Assembly (NCBI GenBank): GCA_051313645.2
Contig: JBNRSN020000089.1
Coordinates: 2,852,001 to 2,916,000 of the forward strand
Length of the DNA: 64,000 nt
DNA from: Centroscyllium fabricii
Lineage: Eukaryota
Direction of reading: 5' to 3'
Shown: piece by piece, positions 39,593 through 54,500 of the stretch
Layout: each line of letters starts with the position of its first letter
How positions within the stretch are numbered: the stretch's first letter is position 1
Notes under the pieces: generated by a model
Told to the model about the DNA's origin: nothing
The model's database searches: none
The model's input: only the letters and a program-made list of their open reading frames with translations
Made by a program: the position numbers and the translations under genes

Positions 39593-42500
39593 AATACATC
39601 AGACAATGTCCATCTGTGTACAATACATCAGACAATGTCCAACTGTGAACAAAATATCTGACAATATACATCTGTGTACAATACTTCAGACAATGTCCAT
39701 CTGTGTACAATACATCAGACAATGTCCATCTGTGTACAATACATCAGACAAATGTCCATCTGTGTACAATACATCAGACAATATCCATCTGTGAACAATA
39801 CATCAGACAGTTTCCATCTGTGAACAATTCATCAGACAATATCCATCTTTGTACAATACATCAGAAAATGTCCATCTCTGAACAATATATCAGACAATAT
39901 CTATCTGTGGACAATACAGCAGACAAATGTTCATCTGTGTACAATACATCAGACAATATCCATCAGTGTACAATACATCAGACAACTTCCATCTGTGTAC
40001 AATACATCAGACAATATCCATCTGTGAACAATTTATCAGAAAATGTCAATCTGTGCACTATACATAAGACATTATCAAACTGGGTACAATACATCTGACA
40101 TTATTCATCTGTGTAGAATACATCAGACAATAGCCATCTCTGTATAATACATCAGAAAATGTCCATCTGTGTACCATACATCAGACATTATCCATCTGTG
40201 AACAATACATCAGACAATATCCATCTGTGTACAATAAATCAGACAATATCCATCTGTGTACAATACATCAGAAAATGTCCATCTGTGTACAATACATCAG
40301 ACAATATCCATCTCTGTACAATACATCAGACATTATCCATCTGTGAACAATACATCGGACATTATCCATCTGTGTACAATACATCAGACATTTTCCACCT
40401 GTGAACAATACTTCAGACATTATCCATCTGTGTACAATACATCAGACAATATCCATCTGTGTACAATACACCAGAGAGTGTCCAGCTGTGAACAATACAT
40501 CAGACAATATCCATCTGTGTACAATACATCAGAAAATGTCCATCTGTGAACAATACATAAGATATTATCCATCTGTCTACAATATATCAGACATTATCCA
40601 TCTGTGTACAATACATGAGAAAATGTCCATCTGTGTGCAATCCATCAGACAATATCCATCTGTGTACAATACATCAGAGAATGTCCATCTGTGTACAGTA
40701 CATCAGACATTATCCATCTGTGAACAATACAACAGACAATGTCCATCTGTGTACAATACATCAGACAATATCCATCTGTGTACAATACATCAGACAATGT
40801 CCATCTGTGAACAATATATCAGACAATATACATCTGTGGACAATACATCAGACAATTTCGATCTGTGTACAATACATCAGACAATGTCCATCTGTGTACA
40901 ATACATCAGTCAATGTCCGTCTGTGATCAATACATCAGACAATGTCCCTCTGTGTACAATACATCAGGGAATGTCCATCTGTGTACAGTACATCAGACAT
41001 TATCCATCTGTGAACAATACTTCAGACAATGTCCATCTGTGTACAATACATCAGACAATATCCATCTGTGTACAATACATCAGACAATGTCCATCTGTGA
41101 ACAATACATCAGACAATGTCCATCTGTGGACAATACATCAGACAATGTCGATCTGTGTACAATACGTCAGACAATATGCATCTGTGCACAATACAACAGA
41201 CAATGTCCATCTGTGTACAATACATCAGACAATGTCCATCTGTGAACCATACATCAGACAATATCCATCTGTGTACAATACATCAGACAATGTCCATCTG
41301 TGTACAATACATCAGACATTATCCATCTGTGAACAATACATCAGACAATGTCCATCTGTGTACAATACATCAGACATTGTCCATCTGTGTACAATACATC
41401 AGATATTATCCATCTGTGTACAATACATCAGAAAATGTCCATCTGTGTACAATGCATCAGACAATGTCCATCTGTGAACAATACATCAGACAATATCCAT
41501 CAGTGTACAATACATCATACAATATCCATCTGTGTACAATACATCAGAAAATGTCCATCCGTGTACAATACATCAGACAATATCCATCTGTGAACAATAT
41601 ATCAGCCATTATCCATCTGTGAACTATAGAGCAGACATTATCCATCTGTGTACAATATATCGGACATTGTCCATCTGTGAACAATACACCAGAAATTATC
41701 CATCTGTGTACAATATATCAGACAATATCCAACTGTGTACTATAAATCAGACAATGTCCATCTGTGTACAATCCATCAGACAATATCCATCTGTGTACAG
41801 TACGTCAGAGAACGTCCATCTGTGTAGAGTACATCAGACAATATCCATCTGTGAACAATACATCGGACAATGTCCATCTGTGGATAATACATCAGACAAT
41901 GTCGATCTGTGTACAATACGTCAGACAATATGCATCTGTGTACAATACATCAGACAATGCCCATCTGTGTACAATACATCAGAAAATGTCCATCTGTGAA
42001 CCATACATCAGACAATATCCATCTGTGTAGAGTACATTAGACAATATCCAGCTGTGTAGAATACATCAGACAATATCCATCTGTGAGCAATACATCAGAC
42101 AATGTCCATCTGTGTACAATACATCAGACAATGTCCATCTCTGAACAATATATCAGACAATATCTATCTGTGTACAATACAGCAGACAAATTTCCATCTG
42201 TGTACAATACATCAGACAATATCCATCAGTGTACAATAAATCAGACAATTTCCATCTGTGTACAATACATCACACAATATCCATCTGTGAACAATATATC
42301 AGAAAATGTCCATCTGTGCACAATACATAAGACATTATCAATCTGGGTACAATACATCTGACATTATTCATCTGTGTAGAATACATCAGACAATAGCCAT
42401 CTCTGTATATTACATCAGAAAATGTCCATCTGTGTACCAAACATCGGACATTATCGATCTGTGAACAATACATCAGACAATATCCATCTGTGTACAATAA

Positions 42501-45500
42501 ATTAGACAATATCCATCTGTGTACAATACATCAGAAAATGTCCATCTGTGTACAATACATCAGACAATATCCATCTCTGTACAATACATCAGACATTATC
42601 CATCTGTGAACAATACATCGGACATTATCCATCTGTGTACAATACATCAGACATTTTCCATCTTTGAACAATACATCAGACATTATCCATCTGTGTACAA
42701 TACACCAGAGAATGTCCATCTGTGAACAATACATCAGACAATATCCATCTGTGTACAATACATCAGAACATGTCCATCTGTGAACAATTCATAAGATATT
42801 ATCCATCTTTCTACAATACATCAGACATTATCCATCTGTGTACAATACATGAGAAAATGTCCATCTGTGTGCAATCCATCAGACAATATCCATCTGTGTA
42901 CAATACATCAGAGAATGTCCATCTGTGTACAGTACATCAGACATTATCCATATGTGAACAATATTTCAGACAATGTCCATCTGTGTACAATACATCAGAC
43001 AATATCCATCTGTGTACAATCCATCAGACAATGTCCATCTGTGAACAATACATCAGACAATGTACATCTGTGGACAATACATCAGACAATTTCGATCTGT
43101 GTACAATACATCAGACAATATGCTTCTGTGTACAATATATCAGACAATGTCCATCTGTGTACAATACTTCAGACAATGTCCATCTGTGAACAATACATCA
43201 GACAATATTCATCTGTGTACAATACATCAGGCAATGTCCATCTGTGTACAATACATCAGTCAATGTCCATCTGTGTACAATAATTCAGACAATGTCCATC
43301 TGTGAACAATACATCAAACAATTTCCCTCTGTGTACAATACATCAGGGAATGTCCATCTGTGTACAGTACATCAGACATTATCCATCGGTGAACAATACT
43401 TCAGACAATGTCCATCTGTGTACAATATATCAGACAATATCCATCTGTGTACAATACATCAGACAATGTCCATCTGTGAACAATACATCAGACAATGTCC
43501 ATCTGTGGACAATACATCAGACAATGTCGATCTGTGTACAATACGTCAGACAATATGCATCTGTGTACAATACAACAGACAATGTCCATCTGTGTACAAT
43601 ACATCAGACAATGTCCATCTGTGAACCATACATCAGACAATATCCATCTGTGTACAATAAATCAGACAATATCCATCTGTGTACAATACATCAGAAAATG
43701 TCCATCTGTGTAGAATACATCAGACAATATCCATCTCTGTACAATACATCAGACATTATCCATCTGTGAACAATACATCGGACATTATCCATCTGTGTAC
43801 AATACATCAGACATTTTCCACCTGTGAACAATACTTCAGACATTATCCATCTGTGTACAATACATCAGACAATATCCATCTGTGTACAATACACCAGAGA
43901 GTGTCCAGCTGTGAAGAATACATCAGACAATATCCAACTGTGTACAATAAATCAGAAAATGTCCATCTGTGAACAATACATAAGATATTATCCATCTGTC
44001 TACAATACATCAGACATTATCCATCTGTGTACAATACATGAGAAAATGTCCATCTGTGTGCAATCCATCAGACAATATCCATCTGTGTACAATACATCAG
44101 AACATGTCCATCTGTGAACAATTCATAAGATATTATCCATCTTTCTACAATACATCAGACATTATCCATCTGTGTACAATACATGAGAAAATGTCCATCT
44201 GTGTGCAATCCATCAGACAATATCCATCTGTGTACAATACATCAGAGAATGTCCATCTGTGTACAGTACATCAGACATTATCCATATGTGAACAATATTT
44301 CAGACAATGTCCATCTGTGTACAATACATCAGACAATATCCATCTGTGTACAATCCATCAGACAATGTCCATCTGTGAACAATACATCAGACAATGTACA
44401 TCTGTGGACAATACATCAGACAATTTCGATCTGTGTACAATACATCAGACAATATGCTTCTGTGTACAATATATCAGACAATGTCCATCTGTGTACAATA
44501 CTTCAGACAATGTCCATCTGTGAACAATACATCAGACAATATTCATCTGTGTACAATACATCAGGCAATGTCCATCTGTGTACAATACATCAGTCAATGT
44601 CCATCTGTGTACAATAATTCAGACAATGTCCATCTGTGAACAATACATCAAACAATTTCCCTCTGTGTACAATACATCAGGGAATGTCCATCTGTGTACA
44701 GTACATCAGACATTATCCATCGGTGAACAATACTTCAGACAATGTCCATCTGTGTACAATATATCAGACAATATCCATCTGTGTACAATACATCAGACAA
44801 TGTCCATCTGTGAACAATACATCAGACAATGTCCATCTGTGGACAATACATCAGACAATGTCGATCTGTGTACAATACGTCAGACAATATGCATCTGTGT
44901 ACAATACAACAGACAATGTCCATCTGTGTACAATACATCAGACAATGTCCATCTGTGAACCATACATCAGACAATATCCATCTGTGTACAATAAATCAGA
45001 CAATATCCATCTGTGTACAATACATCAGAAAATGTCCATCTGTGTACAATACATCAGACAATATCCATCTCTGTACAATACATCAGACATTATCCATCTG
45101 TGAACAATACATCGGACATTATCCATCTGTGTACAATACATCAGACATTTTCCAACTGTGAACAATACTTCAGACATTATCCATCTGTGTACAATACATC
45201 AGACAATATCCATCTGTGTACAATACACCAGAGAGTGTCCAGCTGTGAAGAATACATCAGACAATATCCAACTGTGTACAATAAATCAGAAAATGTCCAT
45301 CTGTGAACAATACATAAGATATTATCCATCTGTCTACAATACATCAGACATTATCCATCTGTGTACAATACATGAGAAAATGTCCATCTGTGTGCAATCC
45401 ATCAGACAATATCCATCTGTGTACAATACATCAGAGAATGTCCATCTGTGTACAGTACATCAGACATTATCCATCTGTGAACAATACTACAGACAATGTC

Positions 45501-48500
45501 CATCTGTGTACAATACATCAGACAATATCCTTCTGTGTACAATACATCAGACAATGTCCATCTGTGAACAATACATCAGACAATATACATCTGTGGACAA
45601 TACATCAGACAATTTCGATCTGTGTACAATACATCAGACAATGTCCATCTGTGTACAATACATCAGTCAATGTCCGTCTGTGATCAATACATCAGACAAT
45701 GTCCCTCTGTGTACAATACATCAGGGAATGTCCATCTGTGTACAGTACATCAGACATTATCCATCTGTGAACAATACTTCAGACAATGTCCATCTGTGTA
45801 CAATACATCAGACAATATCCATCTGTGTACAATACATCAGAAAATGTCCATCTGTGAACAATACATCAGACAATGTCCATCTGTGGACAATACATCAGAC
45901 AATGTCGATCTGTGTACAATACGTCAGACAATATGCATCTGTGCACAATACAACAGACAATGTCCATCTGTGTACAATACATCAGACAATGTCCATCTGT
46001 GAACCATACATCAGACAATATCCATCTGTGTACAATACATCAGACAATGTCCATCTGTGTACAATACATCAGACATTATCCATCTGTGAACAATACATCA
46101 GACAATGTCCATCTGTGTACAATACATCAGACATTGTCCATCTGTGTACAATACATCAGATATTATCCATCTGTGTACAATACATCAGAAAATGTCCATC
46201 TGTGTACAATGCATCAGACAATGTCCATCTGTGAACAATACATCAGACAATATCCATCTGTGTACAATACATCATACAATATCCATCTGTGTACAATACA
46301 TCAGAAAATGTCCATCCGTGTACAATACATCAGACAATATCCATCTGTGAACAATATATCAGCCATTATCCATCTGTGAACTATAGAGCAGACATTATCC
46401 ATCTGTGTACAATATATCGGACATTGTCCATCTGTGAACAATACACCAGAAATTATCCATCTGTGTACAATACATCAGACAATATCCAACTGTGTACTAA
46501 AAATCAGACAATGTCCATCTGTGTACAATCCATCAGACAATATCCATCTGTGTACAGTACGTCAGAGAACGTCCATCTGTGTAGAGTATATCAGACAATA
46601 TCCATCTGTGAACAATACATCGGACAATGTCCATCTGTGGATAATACATCAGACAATGTCGATCTGTGTACAATACGTCAGACAATATGCATCTGTGTAC
46701 AATACATCAGACAATGCCCATCTGTGTACAATACATCAGAAAATGTCCATCTGTGAACCATACATCAGACAATATCCATCTGTGTAGAGTACATTAGACA
46801 ATATCCAGCTGTGTAGAATACATCAGACAATATCCATCTGTGAGCAATACATCAGACAATGTCCATCTGTGTACAATACATCAGACAATGTCCATCTCTG
46901 AACAATATATCAGACAATATCTATCTGTGTACAATACAGCAGACAAATTTCCATCTGTGTACAATACATCAGACAATATCCATCAGTGTACAATAAATCA
47001 GACAATTTCCATCTGTGTACAATACATCACACAATATCCATCTGTGAACAATATATCAGAAAATGTCCATCTGTGCACAATACATAAGACATTATCAATC
47101 TGGGTACAATACATCTGACATTATTCATCTGTGTAGAATATATCAGACAATAGCCATCTCTGTATAATACATCAGAAAATGTCCATCTGTGTACCATACA
47201 TCAGACATTATCGATCTGTGAACAATACATCAGACAATATCCATCTGTGTACAATAAATTAGACAATATCCATCTGTGTACAATACATCAGAAAATGTCC
47301 ATCTGTGTACAATACATCAGACAATATCCATCTCTGTACAATACATCAGACATTATCCATCTGTGAACAATACATCGGACATTATCCATCTGTGTACAAT
47401 ACATCAGACATTTTCCATCTTTGAACAATACATCAGACATTATCCATCTGTGTACAATACATCAGACAATATCCATCTGTGTACAATACACCAGAGAATG
47501 TCCATCTGTGAACAATACATCAGACAATATCCATCTGTGTACAATACATCAGAAAATGTCCATCTGTGAACAATACATAAGATATTATCCATCTTTCTAC
47601 AATACATCAGACATTATCCATCTGTGTACAATACATGAGAAAATGTCCATCTGTGTGCAATCCATCAGACAATATCCATCTGTGTACAATACATCAGAGA
47701 ATGTCCATCTGTGTACAGTACATCAGACATTATCCATCTGTGAACAATATTTCAGACAATGTCCATCTGTGTACAATACATCAGACAATATTCATCTGTG
47801 TACAATCCATCAGACAATGTCCATCTGTGAACAATACATCAGACAATGTACATCTGTGGACAATACATCAGACAATTTCGATCTGTGTACAATACATCAG
47901 ACAATATGCTTCTGTGTACAATATATCAGACAATGTCCATCTGTGTACAATACTTCAGACAATGTCCATCTGTGAACAATACATCAGACAATATTCATCT
48001 GTGTACAATACATCAGGCAATGTCCATCTGTGTACAATACATCAGTCAATGTCCATCTGTGTACAATAATTCAGACAATGTCCATCTGTGAACAATACAT
48101 CAGACAATGTCCCTCTGTGTACAATACATCAGGGAATGTCCATCTGTGTACAGTACATCAGACATTATCCATCGTTGAACAATACATCAGACAATGTCCA
48201 TCTGTGTACAATATATCAGACAATATCCATCTGTGTACAATACATCAGACAATGTCCATCTGTGAACAATACATCAGACAATGTCCATCTGTGGAAAATA
48301 CATCAGACAATGTCGATCTGTGTACAATACATCAGACAATATGCATCTGTGTACAATACAACAGACAATGTCCATCTGTGTACAATACATCAGACAATGT
48401 CCATCTGTGAACCATACATCAGACAATATCCATCTGTGTACAATACATCAGACAATGTCCATCTTTGTACAATACATCAGACATTATCCATCTGTGAACA

Positions 48501-51500
48501 ATACATCAGACAATGTCCATCTGTGTTCAATACATCAGACATTGTCCATCTGTGTACAATACATCAGATATTATCCATCTGTGTACAATATATCAGAAAA
48601 TATCCATCTGTGTACAATGCATCAGACAATGTCCATCTGTGAACAATACATCAGACAATATCCATCTGTGTACAATACATCATACAATATCCATCTGTGA
48701 ACAATACATCAGAAAATGTCCATCCGTGTACAATACATCAGACAATATCCATCTGTGTACAATACATCAGCCATTATCCATCTGTGAACTATAGATCAGA
48801 CATTATCCATCTGTGTACAATATATCGGACATTGTCCATCTGTGAACAATACACCAGAAATTATCCATCTGTGTACAATACATCAGACAATATCCATCTG
48901 TGTACTATAAATCAGACAATGTCCATCTGTGTACAATCCATCAGACAATATCAATCTGTGTACAGTATTTCAGAGAACGTCCATCAGTGTAGAGTACATC
49001 AGACAATATCCATCTGTGAACAATACATCGGACAATGTCCATCTGTGGATAATACATCAGACAATGTGGATCTGTGTACAATACGTCAGACAATATGCAT
49101 CTGTGTACAATACATCAGTCAATGTCCATCTGTGTACAATACATCAGACAATGTCCATCTGTGAACCATACATCAGACAATGTCCATCTGTGTACAATAC
49201 ATCAGACAATGTCCATCTGTGTACAATACATCAGACAATATGCAACTCTGTACAATACTTCAGACAATGTCCATCTGTGTACAATACATCAGACAATGTC
49301 CATCTGTGAACAATACATCAGACAATATCCAATTGTGTACAATGCTTCAGACAATGTCCATCTGTGTACAATACATCAGACAATGTCCATCTGTGTACAA
49401 TACATCAGACAATGTCCATCTGTGTACAATACATCATACAATATGCAACTGTGTACAATACTTCAGACAATGTCCATCTGTGTACAATACATCAGACAAT
49501 GTCCATCTGTGAACAATACATCAGACAATATCCAATTGTGTACAATACTTCAGACAAAGTCCATCTGTGTACAATACATCAGGCAATGTCCATCTGTGTA
49601 CAATACATCAGACAAATGTCCATCTGTGTACAATACATCAGACAATATCCATCTGTGAACAATACATCAGACAGTTTCCATCTGTGAACAATAAATCAGA
49701 CAATATCCATCTTTGTACAGTACATCAGAAAATGTCCATCTCTGAACAATATATCAGACAATATACATCTGTGTACAATACATCAGACAAATGTCCATCT
49801 GTGTACAATACATCAGACAATATCCATCAGTTTACAATACATCAGACAATTTCCATCTGTGTACAATACATCAGACAATATCCATCTGTGAACAATATAT
49901 CAGAAAATGTCCATCAGTGCACAATATATAAGAGATTATCAATCTGGGTACAATACATCTGACATTATTCATCTGTGTAGAATACATCAGACAATATCCA
50001 TCTCTGTCTAATACATCAGAAAATGTCCATCTGTGTACCATACATCAGACATTATCCATCTGTGAACAATATATCAGACAATATCCATCTGTGTACAATA
50101 AATCAGACAATATCCATCTGTGTACAATACATCAGAAAATTTCCATCTGTGTACAATACTTCAGACAATATCCATCTGTGTACAATACATCAGACATTAT
50201 CCATCTGTGAACAATACATCGGACATTATCCATCTGTGTACAATATATCAGACATTTACATCTGTGAACAATACATCAGATATTATCCATCTGTGTACAA
50301 TACATCAGACAATATCCATCTGTGTACAATACACCAGAGAGTGTCCATCTGTGAACAATACATCAGACAACATTCATCTGTGTACAATACATCAGAAAAT
50401 GTCCATCTGTGAACAATACATAAGACATTATCCATCTGTCTACAATACATCAGACATTATCCATCTGTGAACAATACATCAGACAATGTCCATCTGTGGA
50501 CAATACATCAGACAATGTCGATCTGTGTACAATACGTCTGACAATATGCTTCTGTGTACAAGACATCAGACAATGTCCATCTGTGTACAATACATCAGAC
50601 AATGTCCATCTGTGAACCATACATCAGACAATATCCATCTGTGTACAATACATCAGACAATGTCCATCTGTGTACAATACATCAGACAATGTCCATCTGT
50701 GTACAATACATCAGACAATGTCCATCTGTGTACAATATATCAGACAATGTCCATCTGTGATCAATACATCAGACAATGTCCCTCTGTGTACAATACATCA
50801 GACATTGTCCATCTGTGTACAATACATCAGACAATATCCATCAGTGTACAATAAATCAGACAATTTCCATCTGTGTACAATACATCACACAATATCCATC
50901 TGTGAACAATATATCAGAAAATGTCAATCTGTGCACAATACATAAGACATTATCAATCTGGGTACAATACATCTGACATTATTCATCTGTGTAGAATACA
51001 TCAGACAATAGCCATCTCTGTATAATACATCAGAAAATGTCCATCTGTGTACCATACATCAGACATTATCCATCTGTGAACAATACATCAGACAATATCC
51101 ATCTGTGTACAATAAATCAGACAATATCCATCTGTGTACAATACATCAGAAAATGTCCATCTGTGTACAATACATCAGACAATATCCATCTCTGTACAAT
51201 ACATCAGACATTATCCATCTGTGAACAATACATCGGACATTATCCATCTGTGTACAATACATCAGACATTTTCCATCTGTGAACAATACATCAGACATTA
51301 TCCATCAATGTACAATACATCAGACAATATCCATCTGTGTACAATACACCAGAGAATGTCCATCTGTGAACAATACATCAGACAATATCCATCTGTGTAC
51401 AATACATCAGAAAATGTCCATCTGTGAACAATACATAAGATATTATGCATCTTTCTACAATACATCAGACATTATCCATCTATGTACAATACATGAGAAA

Positions 51501-54500
51501 ATGTCCATCTGTGTGCAATCCATCAGACAATATCCATCTTTGTACAATACATCAGAGAATGTCCATCTTTGTACAGTACATCAGACATTATCCATCTGTG
51601 AACAATATTTCAGACAATGTCCATCTGTGTACAATACATCAGACAATATCTATCTGTGTACAATACATCAGACAATGTCCATCTGTGAACAATACATCAG
51701 ACAATGTACATCTGTGGACAATACATCTGACAATTTCGATCTGTGTACAATACATCAGACAATATGCTTCTGTGTACAATACATCAGACAATGTCCATCT
51801 GTGTACAATACTTCAGACAATGTCCATCTGTGAACAATACATCAGACAATAATCATCTGTGTACAATACATCAGGCAATGTCCATCTGTGTACAATACAT
51901 CAGTCAATGTCCATCTGTGATCAATACATCAGACAATGTCCCTCTGTGTACAATACATTAGGGAATGTCCACCTGTGTACAGTACATCAGACATTATCCA
52001 TCTGTGTACAATACTTCAGACAATATCCATCTGTGTACAATACATCAGACATTATCCATCTGTGAACAATAAATCGGACATTATCCATCTGTGTACAATA
52101 CATCAGACATCTACATCTGTGAACAATACATCAGACATCATCCATCTGTGTACAATACATCAGACAATATCCATCTGTGTACAATACACCAGAGAGTTTC
52201 CATCTGTGAACAATACATCAGACAACATCCATCTGTGTACAATACATCAGAAAATGTCCATCTGTGAACAATACATAAGACATTATCCATCTGTCTACAA
52301 TACATCAGACATTATCCATCTGTGAACAATACATCAGACAATGTCCATCTGTGGACAATACATCAGACAATGTCGATCTCTGTACAATACATCAGACAAT
52401 ATGCTTCTGTGTACAATGCATCAGACAATGTCCATCTGTGTACAATACTTCAGACAATGTGCATCTGTGAACAATACATCAGACAATATTCATCTGTGTA
52501 CAATACATCAGACAATGTCCATCTGTGTACAATACATCAGGCAATGTCCATCTGTGATCAATACATCAGACAATGTCCCTCTGTGTACAATACATCAGAC
52601 ATTGTCCATCTGTGTACAATACATCACACATTATCCATCTGCGTACAATTCATCAGAAAATGTTCATCTGTGTACAAAACATCAGTCAATTTCCTCTGTG
52701 AACAATACATCAGACAATATCCATCTGTGTACAAAACATCAGACATTGTCCATCTGTGAACAATACATCAGAAAATAGCATCTGTGTACAATACATCAGA
52801 CATTGTCCGTCTGTGTACAATACATCAGACAATGTCCATCTGTGAACAATACATCAGACAATGTCCATCTGTGTACAATACATCAGACAATGTCCATCTG
52901 TGAGCAATACATCAGACAATATCCATCTGTGTACAATACATCAGACAATGTCCATCTGTGAACAATACATCAGACAATGTCCATCTGTGAACAATACATC
53001 AGACATTGTCCATCTGTGTACAATACATCAGAGATTTTCCATCAGTGTACAATACATCAGACATTGTCCATCTGTGTACAATCTATCAGACAATATCCAT
53101 CTGTGTACAATACATTAGACAATGTCCATCTGTGAACAATACATCAGACAATGTTCATCTGTGAACAATACATCAGACAATGTCCATCTGTGTACAATAT
53201 ATCAGACAATGTCCATCTGTGTACTATACATCAGACAATATCCATCTGTGAACATTACATCAGACAATGTCCATCTTTGTACAATATATCTGAAAATTTC
53301 CATCTGTGAGCAATCCATAAGACAATACCCATCTGTGCACAGTAAATCAGACAATGTGCATCTGTGTACAATAGATCAGAAAATGTCCATGTGTGAACAA
53401 TACATAAGACATTATCCAACTTTGTACAATACATCAGACATTATCCATCTGTGTACAACACATCAGAAAATTTCCATCTGTGAACAATACATAGGACATT
53501 ATCCATCTGTGTACAATACATCAGACAATGTCCAATTGTGAACAAAACATCAGACAATATCCATCTGTGAACAATACATCAGACAATGTCCATCTGTGTG
53601 CAATACATCAGACAATTTCCATCTGTGTACAATATATCAGACAATATCCATCTGTTTACAGTACATCAGACAAAGTCCATCTGTGTACATTACATCAGAA
53701 AATGTCCATCTGTGTACAATACATCAGACATTATCCATCTGTGAACAATACATCAGAAAATAACCATCTGTGTACAATACATCAGACAATATCCATCTCT
53801 GTACAATATATCCGAAAATGTTCATCTGTGTATAATACATCAGACAATGTCCATCTGTGAACAATACATCAGACAATATCCATCTGTGTACAATACATCA
53901 TACAATATCCATCTGTGTACAATACATCAGAAAATGTCCATCCGTGTACAATACATCAGACAATATCCATCTGTGTACAATACATCAGCCATTATCCATC
54001 TGTGAACTATAGAGCAGACATTATCCATCTGTGTACAATATATCGGACATTGTCATCTGTGAACAATACACCAGAAATTATCCATCTGTGTACAATACAT
54101 CAGACAATATCCATCTGTGTACTATAAATCAGACATTGTCCATCTGTGTACAATCCATCAGACAATATCCATCTGTGTACAGTACGTCAGCGAACGTCCA
54201 TCTGTGTAGAGTACATCAGACAATATCCATCTGTGAGCAATACATCGGACAATGTCCATCTGTGGATAATACATCAGACAATGTCGATCTGTGTACAATA
54301 CGTCAGACAATATGCATCTGTGTACAATACATCAGACAATGTCCATCTGTGTACAATACATCAGAAAATGTCCATCTGTGAACCATATATCAGGCAATAT
54401 CCATCTGTGTAGAGTACATTAGACAATATCCAGCTTTGTGGAATACATCAGACAATGTCCATCTGTTAGCAATACATCAGACAATGTCCATCTGTGTACA

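Larger units (their letters stand above)
34526..39939. repeat. Tandem duplication, period 2703 bp, carrying the solo LTR plus ~34 satellite monomers
   Basis: All ORF-track entries repeat at +2703 (34589/37292, 35321/38024, 36903/39606). The breakpoint lies in CATCTGTG near 37229-37236. Confidence 0.95.
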
